Shown piece by piece: positions 35,700 through 48,120 of a stretch of DNA of 57,943 nucleotides. The position numbers were made by a program, and so were the translations under genes. This DNA comes from Chiloscyllium plagiosum (Eukaryota), in contig NC_057756.1 in the NCBI RefSeq assembly GCF_004010195.1, positions 7,975,707 to 8,033,649 on the forward strand, given 5' to 3'. Below the pieces are notes generated by a model. The model saw only the letters and a program-made list of their open reading frames with translations, was not told the DNA's origin and made no database searches. Every line of letters begins with the position of its first letter. Position 1 is the stretch's first letter.

Positions 35700-36350
35700 T
35701 CCCTAGATCTGTGTTTGCATCCAGCCTTATCACTGTAATCTCCTCCAACTGCCAAAACCCTCCCCATCGCTGTAATCTTGTCAGCTGCCTCCCTATCTCC
35801 GTAATTTCCTCCAGCATCTGTGCCCTTCACTGTCTCAAACCTGCTCCATCCCTACATCTCCTTATTTCCTTCAACCTCCTCGTGTCTACAGCCATCCTTA
35901 TTTACGTAACTCCTCCAGCCCCTGTACCCCTCCCTACCTTTGTAAATTCCCCCCGTCTGTATACTGTACTCTAACTCTGTAATCTCTGCTAGCCCCATCA
36001 TGCCTCCCTATCTCTGTAACTGCCTCCACACCTGACAGTACTCCCTATCTTTGTAGCCTGCCTTAAACCACTTTCATCTCCCATCCCAGCCCCTAACTCC
36101 TCCCTAGCTCTGTAATCTTCTCCAGCCCCGCCACCTCTCTCACCTCTGTCACCTCCTCCAGCCCTGACACCCCTCCCTACCTCTGTAAACTGCTCCAGCC
36201 CCAGCACACCTACATATCTTTGTAACCACCTCCAGACCCAGCATCTCTGTAACCACTTCCAGCCCTTACACCCCTCCCTATCTCTGCAACCTCCTCAGCC
36301 TCTATATCCATCTCTATCACCATAAGCTCCTCCTGCCCCTACAACCACTC
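35700..36350. repeat. Degenerate C-rich tandem repeat (ctccctatctctgtaacctcctccagccc-like)
   Basis: Recurrent motif; a shorter tract occurs at about 33470-33660. Confidence 0.7.
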
Positions 36351-36722
36351 AAGATTTCTTTACTCCTCCTTTCTACGTGATGATCATCCGAAATTGCAAT
36401 TTTCAGTTCTGCCTGTCCCTATCTGTCTCTCTCTCTCCATCTCTCTGCTCCTTGAAGATACTAATTCCCTTTTTGTCTGCTTGAATTACGTGGAAGGGAA
36501 GACGGTCATTGTTCATTTGATGGCTGTTTGGAGAAGAATCGCAGAGTGGGTTGTGATTGTAGGATTCACACCATCAGCAGGAATATTCCTGAAATAACAT
36601 TGCATGGCATAACCGGATTTCACGTTTGAATTTCATTTTCATTCTTCCCTCCCTGAGAGTGTTTTCCTCAGTGAGGCACTGAGTGACATTTCGTCTCTTG
36701 GGATATCAGTTCAGAAACTTAC

Positions 36723-36866
36723 CAATGGGCAGCTGAATGTCAGTATATCCGCAGCGATTCTCGATCCCTGTACATTTCACAATGGTTAAGCTGTTGACAC
36801 ACTCACTGACAGAATTACTGTAGCACCCATAGCACTCGAGACCATTCACTGATGTGTTCTGTTGTA
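36723..36866 (-). CDS. LU-domain gene exon 4: first half of LU2
   Basis: AG/GTAAG flanks, phase 1-1. Reads VQQNTSVNGLECYGCYSNSVSECVNSLTIVKCTGIENRCGYTDIQLPI. Confidence 0.92.
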
Positions 36867-37086
36867 CTGAAAGAATAATATCGAACATTAAGGATTACAA
36901 TGGGACTGCCATGGGGAGGGAGAAACAGAGTTACCCTTGTCATTAATCAGTCACACAGAACAGAATGAGGCATTTCAGCCCATCGTTCCTCTGTGAGCAT
37001 TTCCCCGACAGCCTTGCAACTTGTTCCTTTTTGAGTGAGTCATTCACTCGAAGGTGCTGCTTGGTTCCACATGTTTCTGACCTTAC

Positions 37087-37224
37087 CTTGATAATTGACA
37101 TTGTTACATAAGTCAGAATTACAGCAACGGGATCCCTGGAAAAGAGCGATTGAACCAAAGTTGAAGGAAAAAGCATCGTTGCAGAATCCACAACCTTTAG
37201 CAATGTAGCTGGATGTTGTTGAAC
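37087..37224 (-). CDS. LU-domain gene exon 3: second half of LU1
   Basis: AG/GTAAG flanks, phase 1-1. Reads GSTTSSYIAKGCGFCNDAFSFNFGSIALFQGSRCCNSDLCNNVNYQ, with the CCxxDLCN signature. Confidence 0.93.
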
Positions 37225-38669
37225 CTATAAACACACAGAGATTGACTGTCCTTGATTCAGTACAAACAATCACTTCCTCTGTTATTCCATACATACATGT
37301 TTGTCTATCATTTTATCAAAGTGTATGTTTTCAAATAGACATGCTCAGCAGCGAGTAGGACTCATATTTGGAGTATTGTGTATAATCTGGTCGCCCTGTT
37401 AGCGGAAAGTTATTAAACTGGAAAGGGTGCAATAAAGATTGACAAGTGTTACGAAGTTGAAGGCGTGTACTGTACCTTTAAGGGAGAGTGAATGCTGTTC
37501 TAAAGTGAGAGATTACAAGTCCCTGTGTATATGACTAGATGGCAGTCCCAGAGAGTACTGGAAAACTGAAAAGATGTAACATTTGGCCATAAAAGAGATA
37601 CCTGAGTTCTGGTTGCTATTTTGCCAGCAATTCAAATTTAACCAAACAGTTTAAATTGTGCTCAATCAAGTTTGAACTTATTGTTTTACCAACATCGAAC
37701 TAATGAGACGATCCACTGTTGAAGGTATAGAGATGCAGCATTTTGAAAATTGGTCAGAGAGCAACTACCACTGAGCCAGAAATGCAGGGAAGGCTAATAT
37801 CTTGCTCTCCAAAAAAAATTAGGAAACACTCTGTATCAAGGGTACCTTTTCATGCGCAGTAAAAATGAAGAAGGTGAGCCAGGGAGATTTTCAGCTGGAA
37901 GAAAAGAGACACAGAAGATGACAGCAGCTTTTGAAATTAAGTTGGTGTGATTTTAAAAGGTGTTTTGCTGGAATAGTATATCGTTTAAGACTTGGAGGCA
38001 GATAATAAGCGGGTAAGAGGAAGAGGGGCTTTGAATTGTGAATATTTCTTTAATGTTTACTTCTAGAGTTTTAAAAAAAATGCTATTTTCTTTAAATAGT
38101 GGAATTTGGGAGTTCTCTGTCCTAAATGTTTTAACAGATTAGGAGGCGAGGTGAGTTTTTCTAGCTGTCTGGTTTAACTAACAGAGGGGTTCATCTTCTA
38201 GTTGTGACAGTTTGGGGGTGTGGGTCGGAGATTTGGACAGGTTCAGACAGATTCAGTCTGAAGTTTTGAACAGATTTGGAGTAGAAAAGATCCCTGCAGA
38301 TTTAAATACTTGCCAATTAGTACCCCAGCTCTTTAAATAGAACATGGGTGAGAAAGTTTGTTTAATTCAGTTACTTGCGGTTAGTTAAATTAGAAGTGAG
38401 GGCATTGGTTGTTGAGATTGGGGTGTGAAGATGCTTCCCAGATTTGTCAAGGAAGTTTAGAAAGTCGGAGGAAACACCTATTTTTAGAATTAACAAATAA
38501 GTTAGAATTGTTTTAACCAGGAACAAAAGAAAAGCTGAAATTGTAATGAGGTTGGTCAGCACTCAGGTGTATCAGAGAAACAGACAAGTACAATAAAGTT
38601 AGAAAAATGTAAATTGCAGTTGAGGGAAATGGAGTTAGAAGATAAAGAAAGGGAAAGAAGAGCCACGTT

Positions 38670-39295
38670 AGAGTCATAGAGATATACAGCATGGAAACAG
38701 ACCCTTCGGTCTAACCCGTCCATGCCAACCAGGTATCCTAACCAAATCTAGTCCCACCTGCCAGCACCCAGCCCATATCCCTCCAAACCCTTCCTATTCA
38801 TATACCATCCAAATGCCTCTTAAATGTTGCAATTGTACCAGCCTCCACCACCTCCTCTAGCAGCTTATTCCATACACGTACCACCCTCTGTGTGGAAAAG
38901 TTGCCCCTTAGGTTTCTTTTATATCTTTCCCCTCTCATCCTAAACCTATTCCCTCTAGTTCTGGACTCCCCAATCCGAGGGAAAAGACTTTGTCTATTTA
39001 CCCTATCCATGCCCCTCACAATTTTGTAAACCTAAGGAGCTATGAACCTGCACTCCAAGGTCTCTTTGATCAGCAACACTCCCTAGGACCTTACCATCAA
39101 ATGTATAAGTCCTGCTAAGATTTGCTTTCCCAAAATGCAGCACCTCACATTTATCTTAATTAAACTCCACCTGCCACTTCTCAGCCCATTGGCCCATCTG
39201 GTCAAGACCCTGTTGTAATCTGAGGTAACCCTCTTCGCTGTCCACTACATCTCCAATTTTGGTGTCATCTGCAAACTTACCAACTGTACTTCTTA
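38670..39295 (-). mobile_element. CR1 LINE 3' fragment nested in the Gypsy element
   Basis: ORF 38798-39019 matches the CR1 ORF2 C-terminus; KFADDTKI near 39260. Confidence 0.85.
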
Positions 39296-41219
39296 TAGAA
39301 AAGGAGAGAAGATTCTTAGCTGAGTAAAAAGAGAGGAGAAAGAGAGAGGAAAAAGAAGGGGAAAGAAGGTTTTTTTTAGCTGAGCAAAGAGAGAGAGGAA
39401 AATGAAAAGGAGAGGCAATTTGAACTTCACAAGTTGTGAATTAATCAGCAAAGTCAAGTTAACAGGATGGAGATGAAGAGAGAAAGTTAAACATTGCCAC
39501 CTTTTGATGAGAAAGATGTCAAAGCCCTTTTTATTTCATTTGAAAAATTGGCTAGGAACTTGGAGTGACCAGAGAACTTGTAGGTAATGCTAATTCTGAC
39601 TAACCTGGTAGGCAGAGCTAGTGAGGTATTTGCAGCGCTATCGGATGAGGAGTCAAGAGATTATCCAGATGTCAAAAAAGCTATTTTGAGTGCTTGCGAA
39701 TTGGTATCAGAAGCATAAAGAAGGAACCAGGTCAGACTTATGCTGAGTTTGAAAGAATTAAACATAGTAATTTTGATAGATGGGTGCGGGCTTAAAAATA
39801 GACAAAACCTATGAGACTCTAAGAGAGGTTATTCTGCTGGAGGAGTTTAAAAACTTACTTCCTGAGATGATAAGAATTCAAGTGGATGAACAAAGTTCAA
39901 GAAGTGAGAAGAGAAGCAGAGATGGCAAATGAATATGCATTGGTGCCTAAGACGAAATTTAGCTTATGGCAGGAATATCACCCTGTGAGGGCTGGAAGTT
40001 AGGCAAAGAGGAAATCCTGCACTACAAAACAAAGAGTAGATCACACTGGGAATAGTGTATCACAGGTGAAAAAGGAAACCCAAGAGGGTGAGAAAAAGGT
40101 GAAAGGTCTCAATGTGTTTTCACTGGAATAGAGTGGGATACAGAAAATTACCATGCCAATGGATTAAGAAAGGACCTGGGAAAAAGTGATTTTACTGCAA
40201 GAGCAAAATCACAATACTGGTCGTTGTAGAAAGGCACTGTGGAAAAAGGTGCATTAAAAGTGGCTAAGTCAGTGGGATTAAACAAAGTAGTAAAGGAAAC
40301 TCCGAAAAAAGTCAGAGTTGCAGGAGAGTGCCTAAGCAGGGGCTGAGTATTGAGTCATGGCCTGATCTCTATAAGAACTTCACCTCCGTGGGTAAAGTTT
40401 ACTCAGGAAGAATAGGGGGAGAAGGGAAAGAAGTTAAAATTTTGAGAGACACAGGAGCTATAGTAAGAGACAAATGTAGTAAGAGACAAATGTAAGAGTA
40501 AGAGAAAGTAAGAGACAAATAGTAAGAGACAAATGTATTTGCACTCCTTCTGACATGTTATCCAAGTGAATGGTAATCCGTGGAATAGAAATTTAGCTTT
40601 TCCCTGTGTAAGATCAGGTTGGAGAACCAAATCAAGACTCAGGAAGTAACAGAGTCAGTTCCAGAAATATGGTTTGTTTTTGGGGACAGTTCAGCAGGAG
40701 CCAAGATGGGAACGAATCCCCTTTTCGTGGAAAAGCCAAAGGGAGGCCAGCGAATTGAGGAGTTAAAAGAAAAATACCCTGGAATTTTTCCAGATTCTGC
40801 AGTAACAAGCTCCCGCTGTCATTAGTCACAGCAAGAAGCAAATGCTAAGGAGAAAGATGGAGTAGAAGTACAATTAGCTGACACGGTGTTTGACGTGATG
40901 GTGCAGGAAAACCTGAACAGGTAGAGGTTCAGGCAGAAGTGTTTAGTCCTGACAGGTGAATGGACTTACAACAGAAAGACAAAACAATGAAATACACAAT
41001 ATATATTCATGCATACTCAGAAAAGGCATCAGAATGTATTCCTGGGAGTTATTATCTTAAAGATAGAATCCTAAGATGAAAATGGAGACCATGGCAGGTT
41101 AGTGCAGAGGAGAATAGGGCATAAGTGCACCAGATTGTGTTGCTGGTTGTATACAGACAGGGAGTGTTATGGTAGCATGTAAATTATCAGTAGGACATCA
41201 TCTACGTGTGAGGAAGTTC

Positions 41220-41822
41220 TTGAGGAGTGGAATACGATAGTGACCTATCCGTTGAGTGGGAGCAGCGGCCGAGTTGAGGTGAACCCGGGAGACTACAGCT
41301 AAGGTAAGAGTTTTTTTCAAAATTACTTACCTGTAGCGGGCATCGGTGTTTTGTTTTCTCTCTCCTTCACAGAAAGAGCGGGAGCAGCAGAGGAAGTGAC
41401 GGCAAGCAGAGGGACAGCCGNNNNNNNNNNNNNNNNNNNNNNNNNNNNNNNNNNNNNNNNNNNNNNNNNNNNNNNNNNNNNNNNNNNNNNNNNNNNNNNN
41501 NNNNNNNNNNNNNNNNNNNNNNNNNNNNNNNNNNNNNNNNNNNNNNNNNNNNNNNNNNNNNNNNNNNNNNNNNNNNNNNNNNNNNNNNNNNNNNNNNNNN
41601 NNNNNNNNNNNNNNNNNNNNNNNNNNNNNNNNNNNNTGGAATGAGCTGCCAGAGGAAATGGTGGAGGCTGGTACAATTGCAACATTTAAGAGGCATTTGG
41701 ATAGGTATATGGAGGATAGTGGGTTAGTGTAGTTTAGGTGGGCTTGGATCGGCGCAACATCGAGGGCCCAAGGGCCTGTACTGCGCTGTATTCTTCTATG
41801 TTCTATGTTCTATGTTCTATGT
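41220..41822 (+). mobile_element. Young CR1 sequence around an assembly gap (N 41421-41636)
   Basis: The 3' end has a (ttctatg)n tail. The CpG-rich segment before the gap may be a CR1 5' UTR. Confidence 0.65.
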
Positions 41823-43153
41823 CTCGTGACCAAGAACTGAATTGAAAGGCTTGTTGCAGTGGTAGGAGGACATAGGAAGGAATAAGATGGGGAGGCCTCA
41901 TACCATTACGCATGTGGTGGAAATAGGGAATGCTGCTCTGATAAAATAACACCCCTATTAATCCTATCAAAGCCACGTAGTTCCAGAAGGAATTGAATAT
42001 GATGCTCAACAAAGACATAATTGAACTAAGTCAGAGTGAGTGGAGTTCGCCGATCGTGTTAATCATTCTCAAACCTGACAGGACTCAATGATTTTATGTG
42101 AACTATCGGAAGGTCAATGGTGTAAGAAAATCAGACTTCAATTCAATACCAAGATTGGAGGACTGTATCGAGAAACTTGGACAAGCCACTTACATCACTA
42201 AGTTGGACTTACGGCATGGTTATGGGCAGATACCTTTATCCGAGAAAGCGACAGAAGTTTCTGCGTTTGAAACTTCAGATGGGCTATATCTTTGAAATGA
42301 AGACACACAAGCCACATTCTAAACACTCATGAAGGGAGTTGTGGCCAGATTAATAAATTGTGCAGTTTATCTGGATGACGTAGTGATCTTTAGGTAGGCT
42401 TGGAAAGATCACATGATACAGTTGGCAGAGCTTTTTGAACGATTATGAGAAGGAAAACTCGGAATAAACCTAAAGAAAACAGAATTCAGGAAGGCAGAGG
42501 TGACATTCTTGGGACGTAACATTGGTCATGGAAGGTTGATCCCAAGGAATGCGAAGCCAAAGGCCTTCGAGGAATTTCCACGACTGTCCTCAGAAAGATG
42601 TGCTTTGATTTTTGGGACTAAGTGGATTCTAGCGGAAGTTTGCTCCAAACTTCAGCAGCGAGGTCATGCCACAAACAGATTTACTAAAGAAGAACACAAA
42701 ACTTTGGACGGAGGCATTTGAGAATTTAAAAGCAGTATTAACCACCACACCAGTTTTAGCTATATCAAATGTTTTTAAATCCTTCAAAGTTGCAAACTAT
42801 GCTGCCAATATAGGAGTTGGAGCTATACTGCTGCAGAGGATGATGGTGGAATTGAGCGGCATATTGGCTACTTTTCAAAGAAACTCAACACCAACCAGAG
42901 AAAATACTTTTAACATCGACAAAGAATTATTGAGTTTGATTCTGGCTTTACAACATTTTAATGTTTATGTGATGATAAATGTGTCGGAGACTGTCATGTA
43001 CACTGACCACAATCCTCTTACATTCTTGGAAAGACTTAAAGACAAAAATATGACAGTATTTCATTGGAGTCTTATGTTATATTATAGACTTCTAATTTAC
43101 AAATTATACATGTTGCGGACTTAGAAATTTTAATTATTCAGATGCACGCTCAC

Positions 43154-43264
43154 CGATTCTTACTGTGTCTAAGAAGGTTGTGCATTGCAGGCCTGGACGG
43201 CATGTGATCTGCCTTGTACAGTTTCCGGTTGGATTAAGACAAGTGTAACAGGTCAGAGTGGAGG
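43154..43264 (-). CDS. LU-domain gene exon 2: first half of LU1
   Basis: ttttcacag/GTGAG flanks, phase 1-1. Reads ASTLTCYTCLNPTGNCTRQITCRPGLQCTTFLDTVRI. Confidence 0.92.
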
Positions 43265-43608
43265 CTGTGAAAAGATGCAAGCAAAGAGAAAATGATCGGT
43301 CAGAGTTGGAATCACATGGAACGGAACTCATGTGTGGGACTAAGGAACAAGCGCCTTTGGAGTGTCAAGGACCTTTCAGATCACTTCCAAACATAGGTCA
43401 GAAGTTCACTCCCCTCCATAGCTCAGAGAAACATGGCAGCCAGTTGATGCACAGCAAGATATAGCAATGAGATAAATGATTGGCTGTGTGGTACACCATC
43501 CAACCCATCCATGCTCTGTCTGAAGGCAGGTTTTGATTATTAATTGGAGATAAATATTGCTCCAGGCTAGCATGGAGAACTCACTTCATTCTCAAATAAT
43601 TATTGTGT

Positions 43609-43685
43609 GGTTGTGCACATTAATTTCAGAGTTCAGTTGGGGACTTGGTTGTGCACATTAATTTCAGAGTTCAGTTGGGGACTTA
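43609..43685. repeat. Perfect tandem duplication of ~38 bp
   Basis: ggttgtgcacattaatttcagagttcagttggggactt occurs twice in tandem. Confidence 0.9.
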
Positions 43686-44389
43686 GTTACTTTCTCGGAG
43701 TAAGGATACTTGGGAGCATTATTCCCTCAGTACTGTCAACCTGGTTTTTATCTGTTCAGTTCTCTGGAAGTTGAACATTGAGCTGGGACTTTGTGACTTC
43801 AGAAATGAGAGTGTTACCCACTGAGCTAGAGCTGAGATTTGGAACATTTTCAGATTCATGGTGCTGTTTGCCATTGACTGGAAACTGAACTGGGTGAGCT
43901 GTATAAGTTCAGTGGCTGCAAGAGCAGGTCAGAGGCTGGGGATCCTGGTGCGAGTAACTCGCCTCCTGACTCACCAAAGCCTGTCCACCATCGACAAGGC
44001 ATGATTAAGAAGTGCGATTGAATACGCCCCATTTGCCTGAAGGGGTGCAGCTCCAACAACACACAAGAGGCTTGACACCATCCACTTGATCGGCACCGCA
44101 TCCGCAAACATTCACCATTCACTCCCTCCACAATGAATACACAGTGACTGTTCTGTGAACCATCCACAAGGTACACTGCAGCAACTCACCAAGGCTCTTT
44201 ATTCAGCACCTTCCTAATGATCCCCATCACGGAAAGGACCAGAGCAACAGATATGTGGGAACACCAATTTGTTACTCTCTAAACCATGCTTCACATTGCC
44301 TTTCCTTCACTGCTGCTGGGTCAAAATCCTGGCATTCCCTTCCTAGCAGCGCTGTGGTTGCATCCACACCACACAGACTGCAATATGGC

Positions 44390-44722
44390 CATGGCACATT
44401 GGTTCATTGGTTAGCAGTTCTGTCTCACTGCGCCAGGGAGCTGGGTTCAATTCCACCCTCAGACAACTCCCTGTGTGGAGTTTATATGTTCTCCCCGTGT
44501 CTGCATGGGTTTCCTGCTACAGTCCAAAGATGTACAGATTACATGGACTGACCATACTAAACTGCCCAGAGTGTTCAGGGATGTGTAGATTAGGTGTGTT
44601 AGCCATGGGAAATCTAGAGTTAGACAAAAAAGTAGGGAGGTGGGTCTAGGTGGGATGCTTTTCGGAGGGTCAGTGTGGACTTGTTGGGCCAAATGACCTA
44701 TTTCCACACTGTCGGGATTCTG
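44390..44722 (+). mobile_element. HE1-like SINE
   Basis: Same head and body as 23790-24097. Confidence 0.8.
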
Positions 44723-45069
44723 TGAAAAATACCCAGTATCACCTTGTCAAGAGTCATGAGGGTTAGGTATGTCATCATCTCCAAAGAATGTGTTAAAAAA
44801 TTCACCACCTGTGTCTGGAATGAAGTCAGATGATAGGACTGCTCTCTCATTCAAGAGAAAGAGTTGACTGCTGGTGGCTCCCCACACCTCAGGAGAGGGC
44901 AAAGGTTGAAAAGGAGAGTCCTTCATGTAACCTCAGCCAGTGTGGGAATTGAATCCACACTGCTGACATCACTAACTGTATTGCTATGACAGTGCTCCTC
45001 ACTAATATCTCCATTGACATGATCAGCCTGAAAGAGATGAACAAGTGAAATATTGAAGAAACATCTCAC

Positions 45070-45118
45070 CTCCAGTAACTAGAACAAAAACGTTGAGAAT
45101 ACTGAAGAGGAACTTCAT
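45070..45118 (-). CDS. LU-domain gene exon 1: signal peptide
   Basis: ATG at 45118, MKFLFSILNVFVLVTG + G|gtgag (phase 1). An in-frame upstream ATG at 45136 is also possible. Confidence 0.85.
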
Positions 45119-45208
45119 CTTGCTTTGATCGTCCATGTTCCTTGTGTAGATCAGTGAGTCAAACCCCTTCTCTTCAGGGCTGTGTAGCTGGTGTCTGACA
45201 CTCAATAA

Positions 45209-45215
45209 TTATATA
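45209..45215 (-). promoter_or_regulatory. TATA box of the LU-domain gene
   Basis: TATATAA on the minus strand, about 90 bp upstream of the ATG. Confidence 0.6.
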
Positions 45216-45389
45216 CATGAGGTTGAGGAGGCACATCTAGAATTTCTTCTGTTCTTGAGTTACAGTGAAAGCGGTTTCAATTCTGCTGAAATAGAAAATT
45301 AATATGATGGGTGTTCATGGCTCATATCTCCCCGAAAAACTTTCTCTCAATTCCACACCAACTTCATCCTCTTGCACTGAGATCCATGA

Positions 45390-45540
45390 GTGAGGATCAG
45401 TGAGTGAGAATCCCCAGTGAGGGTCAACACTGGGATCAGTGGGTGAAGATCCCCAGTGAGGATCAGTGGGTGAAGATCCCCAGTGAGGATCAGTGGGTGA
45501 GGATCCCCAGTGAAGGTCAACACTAGGATTAGTGATTGAG
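45390..45540. repeat. Short minisatellite (ggatcagtgggtgaagatccccagtga-like)
   Basis: Four to five tandem units just upstream of the LU gene promoter. Confidence 0.8.
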
Positions 45541-45569
45541 CATTCCCAGTTCGAATCTGTACTGAGCCC

Positions 45570-46640
45570 TCTAATTTTGAATTACCCTGCCCTGAGAAAA
45601 AGATCTTGATTATTCACCCTATCTGTGCTCCTCATGATCTTATAAACATCACCCCTAAAACTCCAACAATCCAGGCAAAATGGCCCCAGCCTATTCAGCT
45701 CAAACACTCCAACCCCAACAACATACTTGTAATTTCTTTCAAATTAAACAACACCTTTCCTCTAGCAGGAGGCCAGAGTTGAACGCTATATTCCAAAAGT
45801 GCCCTAACCAATGTCCTATACAGCTGCAACAGGACATCCCAATTCTTATACTCATTGCACTGATGAATAAAGGGAAGTGTACCAAATGCCTTCTTCACTC
45901 CCCTGTCTACATGTAACCCACTTTCAAGGAACTGTGAACCTGCACTCTAAGGTCTCTTCGTTTGGCAGTAACCCAGTATTAACTGTAAATCCTGCCCTGA
46001 TTCTCCTTACCAAAATGCAACATCCAATACCAAATCCAAATCAAACTCCAGCTGCCACTCCTTGGCCCATTAACCCGACTGATTGAGGTCCTGTTGTACT
46101 CTGAGATAACTGTTGGTGTTCTCTGCAAGCTTACTAACCATTCCTCCGATATTCAAATGCATATAATGTATATTAATGATAAAAAGCAGTGGACCCAGCA
46201 CCAATCCTTTCATCACATCGCTAGTCATATACCTCCAATCCAAAAAACAGCCCACCACCACCACCCTCTGTCTCCTACCTTCGAACCAATGTTTTTATCC
46301 AAATGGCTCTCCCCAGTGATAGAACCTTGCCAACCAATCCAACATGGAGAACCTTGCTGAATGCCTTGCTGAAGTCCATATAGACAACATCCATCACTCT
46401 GCCTTCCTCAATCATCTTTGACACTTCTTCCAAAAGTTCAATCTAGTTAGTGAGACATGATTTCCCATGCAGAAAGCTATGTTAAATATCCCTAATCCAA
46501 CCCTCCTTTTCCAAATACCTATAAATCCTGCCCTTCAGAATCCCCTCCAACAACTTACTCACCACTAACGTCAAGCTCACTGATCTGTAGCTCCTTGGCT
46601 TTATCTGACCATCTTTCTTAAATAATGGCACTTTGTAAAG
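45570..46640 (-). mobile_element. CR1 LINE RT fragment
   Basis: YRSVSLTLVV, GLVLGPLLF and LYRTLVRALLEY motifs. Confidence 0.85.
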
Positions 46641-46846
46641 ACTGATTCTGCAATCACTAATATGGCCACGCCAGTCTTCACCTCCTGTAGAACTCGTGAC
46701 CATTTAACCAGACATTTATTTTGATTGGTTCAGATTTGAATATTGTGAAGCAATTGAACTATTCCAAACCAGATGATGGTGGACTTTCCAGGGTGCGAAC
46801 TCCCCTGGAGATCGGCCTATGGGTTCACCTGCTCCATTTAGATCTG

Positions 46847-47052
46847 CAGGTCGTTCTGCTATAATGCGTGTCTTGTTCACATGAATTCATTATAACGCAA
46901 TTGATGAACTGGGGACACCGTTTCTAAAGCGCAAACCTTTAAAATGTGTGTTGGCTGTAGCACAATGACATTGTTAATACTTTAAGCGCGATATTTCTCT
47001 AATGCAAGGTTGCACAAGAATGCAACCATCACATTCTAGAAGAACTACTGTA
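46847..47052. mobile_element. Possible Tigger/pogo-like MITE
   Basis: Imperfect terminal inverted repeats caggtcgttctgctataatgcg / cacattctagaagaactactg-ta. Confidence 0.5.
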
Positions 47053-47464
47053 GTGGGACTCTTTGCTGTCTCAACCCCACAACCCAGCAGCAACTACAAT
47101 GGCTTACCAGCCCGGATCCTGAAGAAAATTTTAACCATTTGGCTGGTTCATAACCAAGAGAGATGGTGATGTATCCTGAGTGAATGAGTAGGCAACACAG
47201 AGTACATCGAGGGTGATCTTTGTATGAGGAAGCGTTATGTTTAACCCCTTGAATGGGCATCATGCACGCTGACCAGCGAGTTATAGATCATGTGGATTGG
47301 TGAGATGCATGCGCAGAAACAGAAATGGAGTGAGTGTTTCCCTGTGAGTGCGAGCAGACAGACAGAAAATGGTAAAAATTACCTATGCAGTGCTGACTTT
47401 GTACATTGATGACTTATCTATATGCCACAGTTATATTCGTTCACTTAATCTGTCAATATTAAGC

Positions 47465-47730
47465 GACACGGTGGTTATCACTGCTGCCTCACACTGCCAG
47501 CAGACCTGGGTTCAATCCCTGCCTCAGGCAACTGACTGTGTGGAGTTAGCACATTCTCCCCTTGTCTGCGTAGGTTTCCTCCCACAGTCCAAAGATGTGC
47601 AGGTCAGGTGAATTGGCCATGCTAAATTGCCTGTAGTGTTAGGTGAAGGGGTAAATGTATGGGTGGGTGGTGGGTCGGTGTGGACTTGTTGGGCCGAAGG
47701 GCCTATTTCCACACTGTAAGTAATCTAATA
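47465..47730 (+). mobile_element. HE1-like SINE
   Basis: tRNA-like head, conserved body and taatctaa tail. Confidence 0.82.
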
Positions 47731-48120
47731 TCTCTTCATAATTCAGTGCTTCCTTTAATACAGCTACAATATTGACCACTTTGTGTAATTTGCAAATTTG
47801 GATTAGTGGTGTCATCTAAATTGTGAACAAATATGGTGAAAATTTGAGACTTAAACCCAGTACCAAACACAACAACACTGGTTACATCCTATGGCTCTCT
47901 GACAACACTTTTGCTTTGAGTCATAACGTTCCGGATTCAAGCCCATAGTAAGGTCTGAGTGCAAATGAAACACTATTAAGTGTGTTACAATTTGACTGAG
48001 CAGTTAAACAGAAATTCTGTCCGGACACCCTTTCTTTCATGATAGACTAGCAACCGCACTCCTTCCCCTCTTTCCCCCCCCCAACCCTGGCATAGAAAAC
48101 GAAATAAATGTGAGATTCAC

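Larger units (their letters stand above)
37447..43125 (+). mobile_element. Degenerate Gmr1-like Ty3/Gypsy LTR retrotransposon in intron 2 of the LU gene
   Basis: 5' LTR 37447-38209 (TG...CA) followed by a PBS-like tggggg. Gag PPFDEKDV..FF.SFEK near 39500. Protease LRDTGA near 40440. Integrase Zn-domain-like HQIVL near 41130. RT NYRKVN and YLDD at 42000-42400. RNase H YTDHNPL near 43000. Confidence 0.85.

Noticed and set aside
47045..47263. ORF with LGY...FSSGS...CSCC as exon 3 of the LU pseudogene, or nearby GCATGCGCA/CCAAT motifs as a promoter
   Set aside because: It lacks the KGC and LCN signatures, and the motifs are too short to support a call without an alignment.
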